20,038 bases of DNA from a bacterium (GTDB lineage: Bacteria; Oederibacteriota; PGYV01; Palsa-1178): the NCBI GenBank assembly GCA_037138355.1, contig JBAXIL010000032.1, positions 1 to 20,038 on the forward strand. Reading direction: 5' to 3'. The notes under the pieces were generated by a model. The model searched no databases. It saw only the letters and a list, made by a program, of their open reading frames with translations, and was not told where the DNA came from. How positions within the stretch are numbered: position 1 is the stretch's first letter; each line of letters starts with the position of its first letter. The position numbers were made by a program, and so were the translations under genes. Below, in pieces: positions 1 through 7,865 of this stretch.

Positions 1-76
1 TGGCTGCCGGGGTAGGACTCGAACCTACAACCGCCTGAGTCAGAGTCAGGTGTCCTACCAATTAGACGACCCGGCA
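1..76 (-). tRNA. tRNA-Gln (anticodon CUG), CCA encoded
   Basis: Reverse complement TGCCGGG-TC-GTCT-AATTGGTA-GGAC-A-CCTGA-CTCTGAC-TCAGG-CGGTT-GTAGG-TTCGAGT-CCTAC-CCCGGCA-GCCA folds as a cloverleaf. Anticodon loop is CT-CTG-AC, and the U1-A72 pair is typical of bacterial tRNA-Gln. Confidence 0.97.
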
Positions 77-93
77 ACATTAAAGAATATACA

Positions 94-122
94 TATATAT
101 CACTTAATAATTTTATAGTCAA
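94..122 (-). promoter_or_regulatory. putative sigma70 promoter for tRNA-Gln
   Basis: TTGACT (122..117) - 17 nt - TATATA (99..94), preceded by TG, about 18 nt upstream of the tRNA 5' end. Confidence 0.45.
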
Positions 123-206
123 CTAATTTTTTCCAGCATCATTTTTTCATATAAAATGTCATTTTTTATATATTTTCATTTCGTATGTTGGTAATTCTGT
201 TCATGC

Positions 207-234
207 TTGACTTAAATACATTACATGTTATTAT
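207..234 (+). promoter_or_regulatory. putative sigma70 promoter with extended -10 for the 278..1833 unit
   Basis: TTGACT (207..212) - 16 nt - TATTAT (229..234) with TGn immediately upstream; GGAGG RBS at 267..271. Confidence 0.55.
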
Positions 235-277
235 TAAGTAATTGAAGTAATTGAAAAAATAATTATGGAGGTTATTA

Positions 278-868
278 ATGATTAAGAAAATACTTCTAAT
301 TGCTGTTTTTATACTATCAGCTGGTTTAGTTTTAGCGGTACCACCTACACAAATTGTGACTGATACTGTGACTGATACTGTCACAGACACATTCACAGTT
401 ACTGACACAGCTTCAAACACAGTCACTGACACAGTCACTGAAACATATACTAACACAGCTACAGAAACAATAACTGACACTATAGCAGTTGGACAAAGTA
501 CTACCGCTACAGATACAGAAACAACAACTATTACTCCCACATTCACTATTACACCTACTTTTACCATAACACCAACGCCACAGGCAAAAGCATTTGCCTA
601 TCCTAACCCTGCTAAGAATACTGATACTATCGGTTTTGCCTATCCAGTTGATGAAGTCTCAGGTCAAACAGCTGAATTAACAACAATCATAATCAAAGCC
701 ACAAACGGCGATGAGGCAGGTCGCGCTTATGATACAACTCCAAATGGTTATACGAGAATTGATATTTCAAAATACGCTCGTGGAGTTTACATATATCAAA
801 TTATAGTGAAATATACTGACGGTACAATTAAGAAAATGCCGCTCAAGAAATTTGCGGTGATAAAATGA
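278..868 (+). CDS. secreted Thr-rich protein with T9SS type-A-like C-terminal sorting domain
   Basis: GGAGG RBS and Sec signal peptide (MIKKILLIAVFILSAGLVLA). About 78 aa of alternating-Thr low complexity follow, then AYPNP...ISKYARGVYIYQI...KKFAVIK, which matches the CTD pattern (YPNP, GxY, terminal K-hydrophobic-K). Confidence 0.85.
   Translation: MIKKILLIAVFILSAGLVLAVPPTQIVTDTVTDTVTDTFTVTDTASNTVTDTVTETYTNTATETITDTIAVGQSTTATDTETTTITPTFTITPTFTITPTPQAKAFAYPNPAKNTDTIGFAYPVDEVSGQTAELTTIIIKATNGDEAGRAYDTTPNGYTRIDISKYARGVYIYQIIVKYTDGTIKKMPLKKFAVIK
356..580 (+). repeat. degenerate 12-nt (VTDT) and 18-nt (TFTITP) coding tandem repeats
   Basis: gtgactgatact x2, then gtcacagacaca and cacagtcactga repeats; encodes VTDTVTDTVTDTFTVTDT...TITPTFTITPTFTITPTP. 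Confidence 0.8.
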
Positions 869-879
869 GGAGGCCAAAC

Positions 880-1833
880 ATGAAAAAAATACTTTTTTCA
901 ATTCTTTTGATTGCTGCTTTTCTTCCGGCCTTGCTCGTTGCGGAAGTAATTAATTCCCCTGATGATTCAGCGGGCTTGTCAGGCAAATATGCCACAATAG
1001 GCATAGGCGCAGCAGCTTCTGGTATGGCTAATGCCTATCTCGGCGCTTCAGTTGATGCTGTTTCCATATTTTGGAATCCAGCAGGTCTTGCCAATATGAA
1101 AAGAAAAGAAAATCAATGGAATATGTTTTATGCTCATAATGTTTGGCTCATGTCTATGTCCATAGACAGCTTGAGCGTTGCAAAAAGTTTCCAAAAATTC
1201 GGTGTGGTTGCAGCTGCTATTTCATATTTTGGCGCTGGTCAAATGGATAACTATGGAGTCGATTATGCAGACAATCCTGTTGATTTAAACAGAACCTTTT
1301 CTGCTTACACTATCACTGGTAGCATCGCTTATGCTAATTCTTTGGATAACAATATTGACTATGGTGTGGTTATGAACTATTTTTATGACAACATTTCTTC
1401 ATCTCCTGCAAATGCCTTAGCTTTTGATTTTGGTGTAAGATATTTTTTCTCGCCATTAAAAGGCCTATCATTTAACCTTGTAGCAAAAAACTTAGGCGGT
1501 TTACTTGGTGTTTATACTATAGACAAAGAATTGGCTTTTGGTGCTTTATACACATTCAATTTAGAAAATTGGATATTCTCTGTTGATTATGATGCAGTAG
1601 CCAGATTAAGAAACTCTGCTATTAACAGAATCGGACTTGAAGTAAAAACGCCTTTCTTGCTTACCTTACGCACTGGCTACTTTACTGACAATACCGTTGT
1701 TAATAACGGCTTTAAGAATGTCACTATTGGTGTAGGAATTAATGTTAATCAGAAATACACAGTAGATTTCTCGTATGAACCTTACGGAGATTTAGGAAAT
1801 GTTTATAAAGCTTCATTTGGAGCTGATTTCTAA
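880..1833 (+). CDS. PorV/PorQ-family (UPF0164-like) outer-membrane beta-barrel protein
   Basis: Start moved to ATG 880 (AGGAGG at 868..873). Signal peptide; family motif GIGAAASGMANAY...DAVSIFWNPAGLA; amphipathic beta strands; C-terminal Phe beta-signal (YKASFGADF). Confidence 0.82.
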   Translation: MKKILFSILLIAAFLPALLVAEVINSPDDSAGLSGKYATIGIGAAASGMANAYLGASVDAVSIFWNPAGLANMKRKENQWNMFYAHNVWLMSMSIDSLSVAKSFQKFGVVAAAISYFGAGQMDNYGVDYADNPVDLNRTFSAYTITGSIAYANSLDNNIDYGVVMNYFYDNISSSPANALAFDFGVRYFFSPLKGLSFNLVAKNLGGLLGVYTIDKELAFGALYTFNLENWIFSVDYDAVARLRNSAINRIGLEVKTPFLLTLRTGYFTDNTVVNNGFKNVTIGVGINVNQKYTVDFSYEPYGDLGNVYKASFGADF

Positions 1834-1847
1834 AATATACTATAAAC

Positions 1848-1876
1848 AAAAAAGGCGCCGAAAGGCGCCTTTTTTT
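1848..1876. terminator. bidirectional intrinsic terminator
   Basis: AAAAAAGGCGCC-GAAA-GGCGCCTTTTTTT between two convergent genes. Confidence 0.9.
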
Positions 1877-1889
1877 ATGTCAATTTTTA

Positions 1890-3263
1890 CTAAATAACAA
1901 TCTTATATTCTTTTATCTTTCTCCAAAGCGTGGATCTTGAAACGCCTAATACATTAGCCACCTTTGTGTGATTCTTCCCGAATTTTGCAAATGCTTTTTG
2001 TATAATACTTTTTTCCACTTCAGATAAAAGAAACTCAGGATATTCTATCAGCTTCCCTTTTAGTTTTGTTTTTTCTTGTTTGTGCGGTTCAAGTTGAAAA
2101 AACGGAGTAAGGTTATGCATATGAATCGGCAAATCTTCCACGCTAATTAAGTCTCCTTCACAAATAGCAAATGCATGCTGTATTATATTATCAAGTTCTC
2201 TTACATTACCTGGATATTCATAATACACAAGTAGTGCTTTGGCTTTAGAATCTATGCCTACTATGCTGCGGTTGTATTGTTTATTGTATTTTTCTATATA
2301 AAATCTCAATAGAAGCGGTATATCTTCTTTTCTTTCTCTTAGCGCTGGTATTTGAATATTAATCACATTGAGTCTATAAAATAAATCTTCTCTGAATTTT
2401 TTTTCTTTAATCTGTTCTTTTAAATCTTGATTAGTAGCAGCAATAATTCTTATATTTACTTTTCTTAATGTCTCATCACCTAAGCGCCTTAATTCTTTAT
2501 ATTCCAAAACGCGTAATAGCTTTGCTTGGAGCCCGAGTGTCAAATCTCCTATCTCATCTAAAAATAAAGTTCCTGTGTCCGCAAGTTCTACAAGTCCTTT
2601 TTTGTCTATATCGGCACCTGTGAATGCACCCTTTTTATAACCAAACAATTCTGACTCCAAAAGATTCTCAGGTATGGCAGCACAGTTAACTGCGATAAAT
2701 GGTTTATTAGCCCTGCTGGAGAGTTCATGTATGGCCCTTGATATGAGTTCCTTACCTGTTCCTGTTTCGCCCGTGACCATGATGCTACTATCACTTTTAG
2801 AAACCTTTTGTGCAAGAGCCATGACTTTCTTAATTTTTTCGCTCTTGCCTATGAATATATTTGTGAAATATTCATGAGGATTTGCTGTAATAGTTTCCTT
2901 CGCAATAAGAAACTCGGATTTGTCTATTATAAACTCAAGCTCGTGAAAGTTTACTGGTTTGGAAATATAATTGAAATCTTCTTTGCGTGCGATTAATATA
3001 GCTGCATCAATTTTTTCTTTGGAAGAAGCAAGAATCACCATTAGCTGTGGATTTCTTTCTTTTACAAACTTTACTATGTTAAGTTCAAGCTCTGGAATTA
3101 TATCAGTATCAAGTATGAGTATATTAAATTCCTGTTTGCTGATTTTTTCTAAAAGAGACGAAGAATCTGTGGCAATATAAGGAGTGTCACCTCTGTCTTC
3201 AAGTGCATTATTTAGTTTTATTGCATCGTCTCTGTCTGTGAGTGCTATTAGTACTTTTGCCAT
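1890..3263 (-). CDS. sigma54-dependent NtrC/Fis-family transcriptional activator (receiver-AAA+-HTH)
   Basis: Walker [22 protein letters not shown], Walker [29 protein letters not shown]-terminal Fis HTH ([17 protein letters not shown]); AAGGAG RBS. Confidence 0.95.
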   Translation of the reverse strand: MAKVLIALTDRDDAIKLNNALEDRGDTPYIATDSSSLLEKISKQEFNILILDTDIIPELELNIVKFVKERNPQLMVILASSKEKIDAAILIARKEDFNYISKPVNFHELEFIIDKSEFLIAKETITANPHEYFTNIFIGKSEKIKKVMALAQKVSKSDSSIMVTGETGTGKELISRAIHELSSRANKPFIAVNCAAIPENLLESELFGYKKGAFTGADIDKKGLVELADTGTLFLDEIGDLTLGLQAKLLRVLEYKELRRLGDETLRKVNIRIIAATNQDLKEQIKEKKFREDLFYRLNVINIQIPALRERKEDIPLLLRFYIEKYNKQYNRSIVGIDSKAKALLVYYEYPGNVRELDNIIQHAFAICEGDLISVEDLPIHMHNLTPFFQLEPHKQEKTKLKGKLIEYPEFLLSEVEKSIIQKAFAKFGKNHTKVANVLGVSRSTLWRKIKEYKIVI

Positions 3264-3385
3264 TCTCTATTGCTCCTTGATAGCATATTCAAGTTTTAGA
3301 CTCATGTTTCATTATTAGACACTATATTTGTGCATATTTCGCAGCAATTATGATGTTCTAAAATGACACATGGCTGATTAATAAG

Positions 3386-3413
3386 ATTATAGCAAAATAT
3401 TGATGAATATCAA
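3386..3413 (-). promoter_or_regulatory. putative sigma70 promoter with extended -10 for the NtrC-family gene
   Basis: TTGATA (3413..3408) - 16 nt - TATAAT (3391..3386) with TGc directly upstream of the -10. Confidence 0.65.
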
Positions 3414-3453
3414 GGGTTATGTTTTGTAGTTGTGTGGTTTTAGAAATATGTCA

Positions 3454-4464
3454 TTATTTAAGGTTGTAGAACTGACCTTCATTTATAACAATGCCTGCTG
3501 CGCCTATAGCACCGGCGAGCGCTCCAAGTTTGGCTGGTACGATTTTGACAGCTGAAAATGTCAGCGCAAATGTCTGTTTTCTAACCGCTTCTTTAAGCGG
3601 TGTAAACAACTCGTCCCCAGCATTTATCAAACCCCCGGCAATTACAATCACTTCAGGATTTAGCCCATTAACTTGATTTGCAACGCCTGCTGCTAAATAT
3701 TTTATAAACTCAGCCCAGACCGCAATTGCTGTTTTATCTTTTTGAACCATTGCTTCATAAACTGTTTTTGAAGTTATTTTAGAGATGTCACCTTTAACTA
3801 ATTCGGTCATTATAGATCTTGCGCCTGCCCTAATGGCAACTCGTGCAGCCTCAGCCACAGCTGTCGCAGAAGCATATTGTTCAAAACAACCCTTTGCCCC
3901 ACACTTGCAGACCTTCCCGTCTGGATTAAGAGATGTGTGACCTAATTCTGCCGCATTGTAATTCGTTCCTCTGACTAACTTGCTATCTATTATAATACCT
4001 CCACCGACTCCAGTGCCAAGGGTAAGACCGACCACATTAGAAGCGCCTTTCGCAGCGCCTGCCCATTGTTCTCCGTAAACTGCACAGTTGGCATCATTAT
4101 CAACTCCTACACCAACTCCAAGAAGCTTCTCCATAGTTTCTTTTAACTTAACATATTTCCAACCAGGTAGGTTAACAGCTCCCATGATAATTCCTTTTTT
4201 TGAATCAAGTGGTCCTGGCGAACCGATTCCCACTCGCCAAATATCTTTCATAGTAAGTCCGGATTTTTTTACAAGCGCTTTAACATTTTCAGCCATATTA
4301 TTTATAATGAACTCTGAACCTTTTGTTGCCTGAGTAGGAAAATCTACATATGATTTAACTTTTCCAGAAGTATTGACTAAAACAGCCACTACATTCGTGC
4401 CGCCTAAGTCAATGCCAATTACATACTTGATAGATTTTTTTGTTTTGGTTGTTTTTTTTGTCAT
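3454..4464 (-). CDS. ROK-family sugar kinase (glucokinase-like)
   Basis: IGIDLGGT, GIGSPGP, DNDANCAVYGE, LTLGTGVGGG, ELGH and Zn motif CKCGAKGCFE; no N-terminal HTH. Confidence 0.93.
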   Translation of the reverse strand: MTKKTTKTKKSIKYVIGIDLGGTNVVAVLVNTSGKVKSYVDFPTQATKGSEFIINNMAENVKALVKKSGLTMKDIWRVGIGSPGPLDSKKGIIMGAVNLPGWKYVKLKETMEKLLGVGVGVDNDANCAVYGEQWAGAAKGASNVVGLTLGTGVGGGIIIDSKLVRGTNYNAAELGHTSLNPDGKVCKCGAKGCFEQYASATAVAEAARVAIRAGARSIMTELVKGDISKITSKTVYEAMVQKDKTAIAVWAEFIKYLAAGVANQVNGLNPEVIVIAGGLINAGDELFTPLKEAVRKQTFALTFSAVKIVPAKLGALAGAIGAAGIVINEGQFYNLK

Positions 4465-4526
4465 AGCACCCTCGATTTAGAAGAAATAAGTTACAAGTTC
4501 AAAATATAGTTGTTGATAAATAAAAA

Positions 4527-4611
4527 TGGTGCGAGGAGGGAGACTTGAACTCCCATGGTGTTACCCGCTAGCACCTCAAGCTAGTGCGTCTACCAATTTC
4601 GCCATCCTCGC
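4527..4611 (-). tRNA. tRNA-Leu (anticodon GAG), CCA encoded
   Basis: GCGAGGATGGCGAAATTGGTAGACGCA-CTAGC-TTGAGGT-GCTAG-long variable arm-GGGAG-TTCAAGT-CTCCC-TCCTCGC-ACCA. Confidence 0.97.
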
Positions 4612-4615
4612 AATT

Positions 4616-5053
4616 TTATTTATCAACAACTTTGTAGTCCGCTTTTATGCTTGCCGGTCCTGTTTGTTTTGCTCTCATGAAATAACCGGTAATCATAGTC
4701 AATAAACTAAAAAGCAAAGACCCTATTAAGGCTCCCCAGAAGCTTTTTACTTCAAAACCTTTGACAAACCAGCCTGTAGCAAAGAACACTGATGCATTTA
4801 TCACCAAAGTGAATAGTCCAAATGATAATACATTTAACGGTAAAGTCAACAAAATAATTAAAGGCCTTATAAATGTATTAATTAAGCCGATAACCGCTGC
4901 GGCAGCTGCAAGTATAATAATTCCGTGCATCCCAGTCTCATTTACGCTTAAACCTTTAACTGTTTTTACTATTACAAAAAGTACAGCCGTATTTACCAGC
5001 CACTTAATAATTAAAAGAGATAAATTTACGCGTTGTATTTTAAATGATTCCAT
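4616..5053 (-). CDS. YvlD/DUF360-like four-TM membrane protein ('phage holin family' annotation)
   Basis: AAAVIGLINTFIRPLIILLTLPLNVLSFGLFTLVINA...GFEVKSFWGALIGSLL signature; AAGGAG RBS. Confidence 0.88.
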   Translation of the reverse strand: MESFKIQRVNLSLLIIKWLVNTAVLFVIVKTVKGLSVNETGMHGIIILAAAAAVIGLINTFIRPLIILLTLPLNVLSFGLFTLVINASVFFATGWFVKGFEVKSFWGALIGSLLFSLLTMITGYFMRAKQTGPASIKADYKVVDK

Positions 5054-5056
5054 TAA

Positions 5057-5623
5057 TCAAACTCCTTTTTCTGCTTGCTTAAGACATAAAACAAAAGTAT
5101 CGCCGTATTGCTTTTCCTTAACTATGGACCAGTTTTGCAATTTACTTTCTGTTTCTTTTTTTTCATCAAAGTGGAGTTCTATAACCACAAGGGCATTTGG
5201 TTCTAAAATATTATTACTTATCAAGGCCTGCAAGAGTTTGTATATATAACCTTTATTGTAAGGCGGGTCAGCAAAGACAAGACCTGCTTTTTGTTTCATG
5301 CATTTGAGTGTGAAAGCGGCATCAATAAAATCTTTCTTTATAAATGCATAAGAGGTTTTGTCAACTTTGAGTTTTTGAGCATTCTTTTCTATTATATCAC
5401 CGTGAAGTTGATCTATAAAATACGATTTTAAAGCACCATTGCTTAAAGCTTCGAAACCTAAAGCGCCTGTGCCTGAAAAAAAATCGAATACCACCTGCCC
5501 GTCTATATATGACCTAATCATATTAAATATGGCCTGACGGGTTTTTGCCAGGGTTGGTCTTGTCTGAGTTCCTTTGGGTGCGCTTATAGGTATGCCTCTG
5601 TATATTCCGCTTGTGATTATCAT
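5057..5623 (-). CDS. rsmD: 16S rRNA (guanine966-N2)-methyltransferase
   Basis: IITSGIYRG, TRPT..KTRQAIFN, DFFSGTGALGFEALSNGA, VFADPPY, KQYGDT motifs. Confidence 0.93.
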   Translation of the reverse strand: MIITSGIYRGIPISAPKGTQTRPTLAKTRQAIFNMIRSYIDGQVVFDFFSGTGALGFEALSNGALKSYFIDQLHGDIIEKNAQKLKVDKTSYAFIKKDFIDAAFTLKCMKQKAGLVFADPPYNKGYIYKLLQALISNNILEPNALVVIELHFDEKKETESKLQNWSIVKEKQYGDTFVLCLKQAEKGV

Positions 5624-5734
5624 ATCAGGACTTTCGTTTTAATATTTTTAAAACAATTAATTATAATAGATGATTTTTTGATTTGTATAATTTTAACTAC
5701 CTCGTATAGAAAAGAAGTAGAAAAGCCAAAACCG

Positions 5735-6088
5735 TTATTTCTTTTCCGCACCGGTCTGGCACTTAATACAATTTTTTGAGAATGGTATGGCTTTAAGTCT
5801 TTCTATGCTGATGTCTTTACCGCACTTTTCACATTTTCCAAAAGTTCCCTGTTCAATCTTTTTAAGTGATCCTTCTATATCCATTAATAACCGTTTGTTC
5901 TTCTCAGTTAAATCCTGATGAAGCTCTTTGTCATAGATATTAGTTGCCGTGTCGGCGGTATCTTGTGCTTCGTTTTGATAACCATCAGCACTATTCATTT
6001 CGTCTTTATTCTGTCTTATCTCAGCTGTTTTATTATCCTTCATTTCTATTAATATCTCTTTCAGTTCTTTTTTTCTTTTAGCATCCAT
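5735..6088 (-). CDS. dksA: DksA/TraR-family C4 zinc-finger regulator
   Basis: Coiled coil with intact DxxDxA tip (DTADTA); GTFGKCEKCG..I..ERLKAIP...CIKC; GAGGTGA RBS. Confidence 0.88.
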   Translation of the reverse strand: MDAKRKKELKEILIEMKDNKTAEIRQNKDEMNSADGYQNEAQDTADTATNIYDKELHQDLTEKNKRLLMDIEGSLKKIEQGTFGKCEKCGKDISIERLKAIPFSKNCIKCQTGAEKK

Positions 6089-6119
6089 TTTTAAGTCACC
6101 TCACATTTATTGTGAAACT

Positions 6120-6500
6120 CTAAGCGGTTGTTTTAACTTTCAAATTAGGAAGATCCAACAAACCTCGTTTTAGTTCCATGGTTGTATTTGATTCAGCTTC
6201 AAACTCTCTGTTTAAATAAAAGAAAGCATCCCATGGATCAACCGTGTTTCCGCAAGTGAAAACATCCACTGCAGCATAACCATACTCCGGCCATGTATGT
6301 ATAGTGAGATGTGATTCCTGTATAACCACAACTCCACTTATGCCATGCGGATTAAATTTATGAAAAACCTCATCCACAACTGTTGCCTTTGAATATTCAG
6401 CAGCACCCACCATAGTTCTCTCTACAAACTTCAAATCATCAAGCTTCGATTTGTTGCATCCGTAGAACTCAACTAAAATGTGCCTTCCGAGGTTTTTCAA
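6120..6500 (-). CDS. speD: S-adenosylmethionine decarboxylase proenzyme (short SpeH/class 1B type)
   Basis: [44 protein letters not shown] with the ES self-cleavage site. Start moved to TTG 6500 behind RBS GGGGGTGAG. Confidence 0.93.
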   Translation of the reverse strand: MKNLGRHILVEFYGCNKSKLDDLKFVERTMVGAAEYSKATVVDEVFHKFNPHGISGVVVIQESHLTIHTWPEYGYAAVDVFTCGNTVDPWDAFFYLNREFEAESNTTMELKRGLLDLPNLKVKTTA

Positions 6501-6613
6501 TTCTAACTCACCCCCGACAAATTTTATTCCACTTATCATTAAAGGCCCTTTCGGGCCTTAAATTTTTCTTTCGTAACAAACTTTAATAAAAAATACTGTT
6601 TAATGTAGTAATA

Positions 6614-6642
6614 TTTATATAACACTGCTTAGTATTTGTCAA
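6614..6642 (-). promoter_or_regulatory. putative sigma70 promoter for speD-dksA
   Basis: TTGACA (6642..6637) - 17 nt - TATAAA (6619..6614). Confidence 0.5.
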
Positions 6643-6858
6643 TATTATTTTGAACTTATTTTAAAGTAATAATTATCCAAAAAAAAATATTTTACGATTA
6701 TCATTGACAAGTGTTTTCACTTTTATTTTTTCGGTCTTAATAATCATTAAAAACAATAAATAATATCCAAAACAGTCCATTTTAATTGAACTATTTGATT
6801 TATTGTATTTGTCATATATTATTATTCGCGTTTTAAAAAGTGTTTTAAATACAAAGCC

Positions 6859-6888
6859 AAAAGCCCTGAATTGCTTCAGGGCTTTTTT
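6859..6888. terminator. intrinsic terminator downstream of porB
   Basis: AAAAGCCCTGAA-TTGC-TTCAGGGCTTTTTT perfect hairpin about 40 nt after the porB stop. Confidence 0.88.
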
Positions 6889-6928
6889 GCGGTACTACAA
6901 GGGTAACACAATTATATTTATTTTTTGC

Positions 6929-7855
6929 TTAAACTTTATTTGTTGCCTCTTCCATAAGAAGTAATCTTGCCCATTTAGAATCCGTATGTGCCTGTATAAT
7001 CGCGATTGCGGCTTCGTCTTTCATAAGGGCTTTAAACCTTACCTGTGTTTTCAAATACTCTGTCACAGGAAGTTTTACTGCTGGTTTGTAATTGATTTTG
7101 TACTTACCATTTTCTACCTCGTAAACTGGCCACATGCATGTATCCACAACCAGCTTTGACAACTTAACTGTTTGTGAAGTGTCATATCCCCAACCTGGTA
7201 CGCATGGAGCATAAATATTAACGAACTTAGGTCCAGTTATTGAAAATGCTTTTTCGAATTTTTTAGTAGCATCTGGAAACATTCCTACGGTCGCTTGCGC
7301 TACATAAGGAAGATTATGAGCTACCATAATCTCAGTTAAATCTTTTGCGTTTTGCTGTTTGCCATTAATTACTTTTCCAGCAGGTGCTGTTGTAGTATTA
7401 GCGCCTCTTGGAGTAGCAGAAGATCTCTGTACGCCTGTGTTCATATATGCCTCGTTGTTATTACAAACATAAAGCATATCATGTCCGCGTTCCATAGCGC
7501 CTGACAAGGACTGAAGTCCTATATCATAAGTACCGCCGTCTCCGCCAAAAGCCACAAACTTAATATTTTTATCAATTTTACCCTGTTTCTTAAGTGACTG
7601 ATAAGCGCCTTCTACCCCAGAGCATGTTGCTGCTGCGTTCTCAAATGCATTATGAAGAAATGGAACCTTCCATGCTGAGTAAGGAAAAATTGTAGAGGTT
7701 ACTTCCATACAACCAGTGGCACTCACTACCACCACAGGATCCTTACACGAAGACAATACTTCTTTTATGGCTATAGGAAATCCACAACCGGCACAGGCTC
7801 TATGTCCGCCGATAAATTTGGTTTCAACTGCTGCTGCTTGTTTAGGTGATGACAT
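6929..7855 (-). CDS. porB: pyruvate/2-oxoacid:ferredoxin oxidoreductase beta subunit
   Basis: GHRACAGCG, ATGCMEV, TPP motif GGDGGTYDIG...NNEAYMNTG, PCVPGW; AAGGAGG RBS. Confidence 0.95.
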   Translation of the reverse strand: MSSPKQAAAVETKFIGGHRACAGCGFPIAIKEVLSSCKDPVVVVSATGCMEVTSTIFPYSAWKVPFLHNAFENAAATCSGVEGAYQSLKKQGKIDKNIKFVAFGGDGGTYDIGLQSLSGAMERGHDMLYVCNNNEAYMNTGVQRSSATPRGANTTTAPAGKVINGKQQNAKDLTEIMVAHNLPYVAQATVGMFPDATKKFEKAFSITGPKFVNIYAPCVPGWGYDTSQTVKLSKLVVDTCMWPVYEVENGKYKINYKPAVKLPVTEYLKTQVRFKALMKDEAAIAIIQAHTDSKWARLLLMEEATNKV

Positions 7856-7865
7856 TTTTTCCTCC

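Noticed and set aside
1..76. tRNA-Gln 3' end as an integration site
   Set aside because: The CCA end coincides with the window edge, so downstream sequence is not visible.
166..567. 133-aa Val/Ser-rich minus-strand ORF
   Set aside because: Antisense shadow of the Thr-repeat gene: ACN codons read as stop-free Val/Ser on the other strand. The same applies to the Cys-rich 16268..16636 ORF.
1851..1869. Tandem AAAGGCGCC direct repeat
   Set aside because: By-product of a self-palindromic terminator stem; not a CRISPR or iteron array.
4616..5053. 'Phage holin' as evidence of a prophage at tRNA-Leu
   Set aside because: YvlD/DUF360 proteins are common chromosomal genes. No integrase, endolysin or duplicated tRNA 3' end is seen.
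6645..6850. AT-rich intergenic region with TTATCCAAA/ATATCCAAA as a possible oriC
   Set aside because: Only one or two imperfect DnaA-box-like words, and no dnaA/dnaN context.
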